Under the pieces are notes generated by a model. That model ran no database searches and had not been told where the DNA came from. It worked only from the letters and a program-made list of their open reading frames with translations. A program made the translations under genes and the position numbers. 64,000 nucleotides of DNA from Laetmonice hystrix (taxonomy: Eukaryota), in NCBI GenBank assembly GCA_965235115.1, contig OZ249440.1:24428001-24492000 (forward strand), given 5' to 3'. This document shows, in pieces, positions 60,101 through 64,000 of this stretch. Position 1 is the first letter of the stretch, and each line of letters opens with the position of its first letter.

Positions 60101-63100
60101 CTGTTAAAGAGCTCACACCCACCTAGGTAATTTGTCTGCAATCAGCGCCAGGGCCTGGCTCTCTCGTTCTCTCGTGGTCACGTGGCCTAACATGTTACCT
60201 GGCTCCTCCACACATACCTGTCGTGTCTGACCGGCCGGGAGAGGGGAGGGGGTCCGTCAAATCGGCTGTGCCCATCGTTTAACTTATATATGCAATGAAT
60301 GCTGGCAGCCTTGGCATTTCAGGTGGGGAAACACTTAGGTTGTCGGCGTCAAGAGGCAGCAGCCTCCGGGCGACCCTTGGAGGCGGAGAAGTTCATGAGG
60401 CTGGACGTGTACATGTGATCGTCCGCCTCAAACTTCTGAAACAACTGCCAGGAAACGTTTAGCCTCCTGACATGAAACGCCGTAATTCTTACAGGGCAGG
60501 GATTGTCTGAAAGAAGCACTGTGCATTAGGCTATACTTCGTATTCCTCCCAAAAAGTTTGGAGGAGCTTGTGCTATACCACTGCAAGGCTATCATTGAAC
60601 TTCACACAATATGACAGTAGGCATATCTTCACAAGGGCGTAGACAATGGTGGGGGGGAGGGCTTGCCCCCCCCCCCCCCCCCGATTTTTAAAGGACAGCA
60701 GAGACCTTTGTGCCCCAGGTTGTTTTCTAGCACTGTCAAGTACAACCATCCATAGCCCCCCCCCCCTAGATTTTACCACGCCCCTGCTTCAGGTCAGTGA
60801 ATGGTTTATCTAATCCGAAAGCTTGGCTACCAACGCCGTGTCTACGCCTGTGTGTCTGCCTTATGCAATGGGGGTTATTTGTGAGTGACCTTGCCACTGG
60901 TAGGCCTACTGCGGTTTTGGTTGGTCGTGAACTCCGGTCAGAGTGCATGTCGTCTATGGAGGACGGTTCGTATGGAGCACACCCTAAGATGGACGTGATC
61001 TGGAACGGTCTGATCTCAGAAAACCCCGGTGCCGAACTGTCACATGTCTTGGAGGCGCTGGAAGCTGTACGGTCGCTGATGTCGGGCTCAGCTCGGCTCA
61101 TCGACAGATTAAGGGCGGGGAAGTGTCAAGTGCTTCCTGGCGCCCTCTAGCGGCATGGCGGTGAGGTCATTCCGTGTTTGAAGCCGAGCGACAATCAACC
61201 ATTTAAATGCGGAGCGAGGCTCGAGCGCGCCACCTAGCGGCAGTTGGAGGCAGTGAGCCGTGATTTAATGTGGCCGTAAGGGGATCAAACCGGAACTGGT
61301 CCGGGTTTGGGATCGTCCCCGGGGATCGTCCCCGGGGAGGAGATGAAAGAGGGGCTGATGATCAGGGTGGATCGTAGATAGATCCGGAGAGAGGCACTAA
61401 GGAGCTCAATGTGAATGCATTAAAGGAGAATCTGTAGAGGAAAGGCTCGTAGAGGTTCACAATAACGAGCGCTCAGCTCCGGAGTGTGTACCGAACACTG
61501 CCACATCTCGAGATTCTATACTGTTCTATAGACTAATCCATGGTCATTCAAAGTCATCAGATTGGTTCCTTACCCTACACTGTTCTAGACTCATCCATGG
61601 TCATTCAAAGTCATCAGATTGGTTCCTTACCCTACACTGTTCTAGACTCATCCATGGTCATTCAAAGTCATCAGATTGGTTCCTTACCCTACACTGTTCT
61701 AGACTCATCCATGGTCATTCAAAGTCATCAGATTGGTTCCTTACCCTACACTGTTCTAGACTCATCCATGGTCATTCAACGTCATCAGATTGGTTCCTTA
61801 CCCTACACTGTTCTAGACTCATCCATGGTCATTCAACGTCATCAGATTGGTTCCTTACCCTACACTGTTCTAGACTCATCCATGGTCATTCAAAGTCATC
61901 AAATTTGTTCCTTTGAGCTCTAAATTATTGCGATACCTCAGCAAGAAACGGTTGTTCGTTTTCATGGTATCTTCCTGCAGTCAGAAATATATGATGAGAA
62001 AACCAAGGTACGGATTCTGGGTTCGAGGAGGTCATAGATCTATTGTAAATTACAGAAATTTGGAATGAAATCAAACTCTTGTAAAAATGCCACATTCGAA
62101 CCTAAGTTGTCGGTAGGCCTATGTATGATGGACAAGGCTAAGAAACTTTTAGAGTTGCGAGAGAATATTTTCCACAAAGGTTCCTTTGTCTCTTGGCGTT
62201 TGTTGATTTCATTCCACCTCCCCCTCCGCACGATTGCAATTATGGTTTATTTCCCACCGGTAATCCACGCGACTGGTGCTGGGGAATAACCGAATCAAGC
62301 GGATGAACTGTGCGGGAAGAGTTTGCATTCAGAGACACCTTGTATTATCTCCCGTCTGCCTGCCAACAGAGGATATCGTCTTGATTAACTAACTGCAAGG
62401 GCCCCCAGAAACTTTCCCCATCAGGGACAACATAATTTGGATTAGGTTGGGGAAAATTGAGTTGAGCTAAAGGTGAAATATGGCGAGCATCGGTGTTCTT
62501 ACTCTACGCATACATTATTCAGGGGAGGATCCAGGATTTTGGAAAAAGGGGGGGCGGTTGGAAAAGGGGGGCTGAGCCGGACAATTTTGAACATCTATAG
62601 AGTCTCTGAAATGGCACTTCCTGCATTCTGAGAAAGCAAAATGTTTGCTTTTACAGTTGCAAACAACAAATTTTTTATTTTTTTTTCTAATTGTTACCTG
62701 ACGAAAGAGGGGCCTCGCCCCCCCCCCCCCCCCCCCCGCCTAAATCCGCCCCTGTGATTGAAAACGATAAGCAATTAAAAACCAATCCCTTTGGCGCATC
62801 TGCCTGACCAAGGTGTGTAAAGCGAGAGCAAGAGACCCGCCAAAATGGCTACAGCCACGGCCAGAGTCGGCTGAAAGTACGAGAACAGCCGACGGTCATC
62901 CTAGATGGGGTTGTTGTGATTTGGTAGCTGTTGGAAACCAATTAGGTTGAGAGCCATCCCAAACACAATTTTTCATGTGGTGTCATTAGCCTTGATGTCT
63001 TTTCCAGTTCACATTCGTACATATGTAAAACAACGTTACAGAAGGCTGTTATGCCCTTTGATGTCACTTACCTCCACACACCCCGGACAAATCTGTAAAA

Positions 63101-63949
63101 AGAAAACAAAACTGATTTGCTTATTTTCTTTTAAAAGATGCATGGGCGTAAGGAACTTTCAGGTAGATAATTATGTCCGTGGGCCAAACGACTGGGTAGG
63201 AGCACACCCATTTCTGGTCCTTGCGTTAACACTATTTTGTTAGGGAGTATACAGGGGACCCTATAGGCTCTCGCTGGATCACCCCAAGTAGTAAAGGTAT
63301 AATGGTCTGAGAGATCACTGTTAGCGGGCCAAATAGGCAAATATAGAGCAATGTTAAAAAGTGGAGAAAAGATAAGCAAGGAAGAAGTTTGTGTCTACGG
63401 TATACCGACTAGGCTATCACGTCCGGAACTTGTCTGTCATTATGTGTTAGATTTGGTTGTCGGGAAACAAAGCCAATAGCCATAGCCTGCACTTCAAAGT
63501 TACCAGGCATGGCATCCCTAACACTTTGTTGGATAAAGTTGGATATGCACACATGATATAGATACATTTGTGATACATTTGTGTATATGTTAGGCAATGT
63601 GAGTACTGTGCGTTAACACCGTCTCACAGCTACGAACCAATACGACTATGAAGTGACTTTTACTTGTCTGCGTTTTTCAGCGTACTATTCTGGTTGCTCT
63701 GACGGGAGTACGGAAGCCTTTCAGGACAAACGTCACCCAAAGATAGCGGCCTGCGAGGGAGCGTGGGAGGGGCACATCGAGAACGGATCGAATCTATGCT
63801 CCACCGGCTGGCGCGTCTGTGGCTGGGCCGACGATATTCTGCTCAAGTCGATCACGTGGAAAGATGCTACTGGAATAAGTGGTTGTTATGCCATCAACGC
63901 GGCACAGGATGGAGGGCAATGCAAGGCGTGCATCGATAGCCTGGAACAG
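57173..63949 (+). CDS. Secreted or membrane Cys-rich protein, 5' part. Exons 57173-57239 (signal peptide) and 63681-63949; continues beyond the window.
   Basis: METYMQIVWLAAGLLSWQQQTF + G|GTAAGA (phase 1) joins the TTTTTCAG|CG phase-1 exon to give ...TFA-YYSGCSDGSTEAFQDKRHPKIAACEGAWEGHIENGSNLCSTGWRVCGWADDILLKSITWKDATGISGCYAINAAQDGGQCKACIDSLEQ|GTGAGG. The exon containing the ATG has its own acceptor at 57134-35. Confidence 0.8.
57442..57705 (+). mobile_element. MITE (CAGGGGxGGATxCAGG family), TSD AGTCC/AGTCT
   Basis: Termini taggggtggattcagg / cctggatcctcccctg; shares its core with 62520-62754 in opposite orientation. Confidence 0.85.
59170..59845. repeat. 31-32-bp minisatellite (ctgcatccccaggcccgtctctggggcagac), about 21 copies
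   Basis: Read directly. Source of the 285-, 149- and 137-aa ORFs. Confidence 0.95.
61140..61240 (-). promoter_or_regulatory. Pair of CTCF-like motifs (CCGCTAGAGGGCGC at 61153-61140; CCGCTAGGTGGCGC at 61240-61227)
   Basis: Two strong consensus matches starting 87 bp apart in a CpG-rich patch. Confidence 0.55.
61519..61912. repeat. 57-bp minisatellite, about 7 copies
   Basis: atccatggtcattcaaagtcatcagattggttccttaccctacactgttctagactc is repeated. Source of the 127-aa ORF. Confidence 0.95.
62520..62754 (-). mobile_element. MITE of the same family as 57442-57705, inverted, TSD TTATT/TGATT
   Basis: caggggaggatccagg ... cctaaatccgcccctg; shared core gcaactgtaaaagcaaacattttgctttctcagaatgcaggaa. 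Confidence 0.85.
63681..63949 (+). CDS. Exon encoding an 89-aa Cys/Trp-rich extracellular domain
   Basis: Open 269-nt exon with strong acceptor and CAG|GTGAGG donor; 7 Cys and 4 Trp. Confidence 0.88.
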
Positions 63950-64000
63950 GTGAGGCGTGATTCAACCCAGACATGGCCATGTTCACCCCATCAAAATATT

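Overview
Eukaryotic (animal, probably marine invertebrate) genomic DNA that is intron-rich and repeat-rich; lineage is inferred from repeat and promoter style only. The window holds three spliced gene models. The first is a FAM204A-like gene on the minus strand (4 coding exons, 115-1313) that runs off the left edge. The second is an unrecognised plus-strand gene head-to-head with it (about 2339 to at least 12467). The third is a signal-peptide, Cys-rich protein gene (57173 to beyond 63949) that runs off the right edge. The most striking element is a very young 3082-bp LTR retroelement (12702-15783). It has identical 597-bp LTRs, a CTGG target-site duplication and no pol, and carries one intact ORF with N-terminal zinc knuckles, a coiled coil and an unrecognised C-terminal domain. 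Other elements are a cluster of three PIF/Harbinger-like MITEs, a long-TIR Tc1/mariner-like MITE, several GC-ended MITEs with 5-bp TSDs, and CTCF-like motifs in convergent orientation. Tandem repeats cover about 13 kb (roughly 20%) and generate most long ORFs in the ORF track. There is one 149-N assembly gap. Several orphan exon candidates between 17 and 62 kb could not be assembled into genes.
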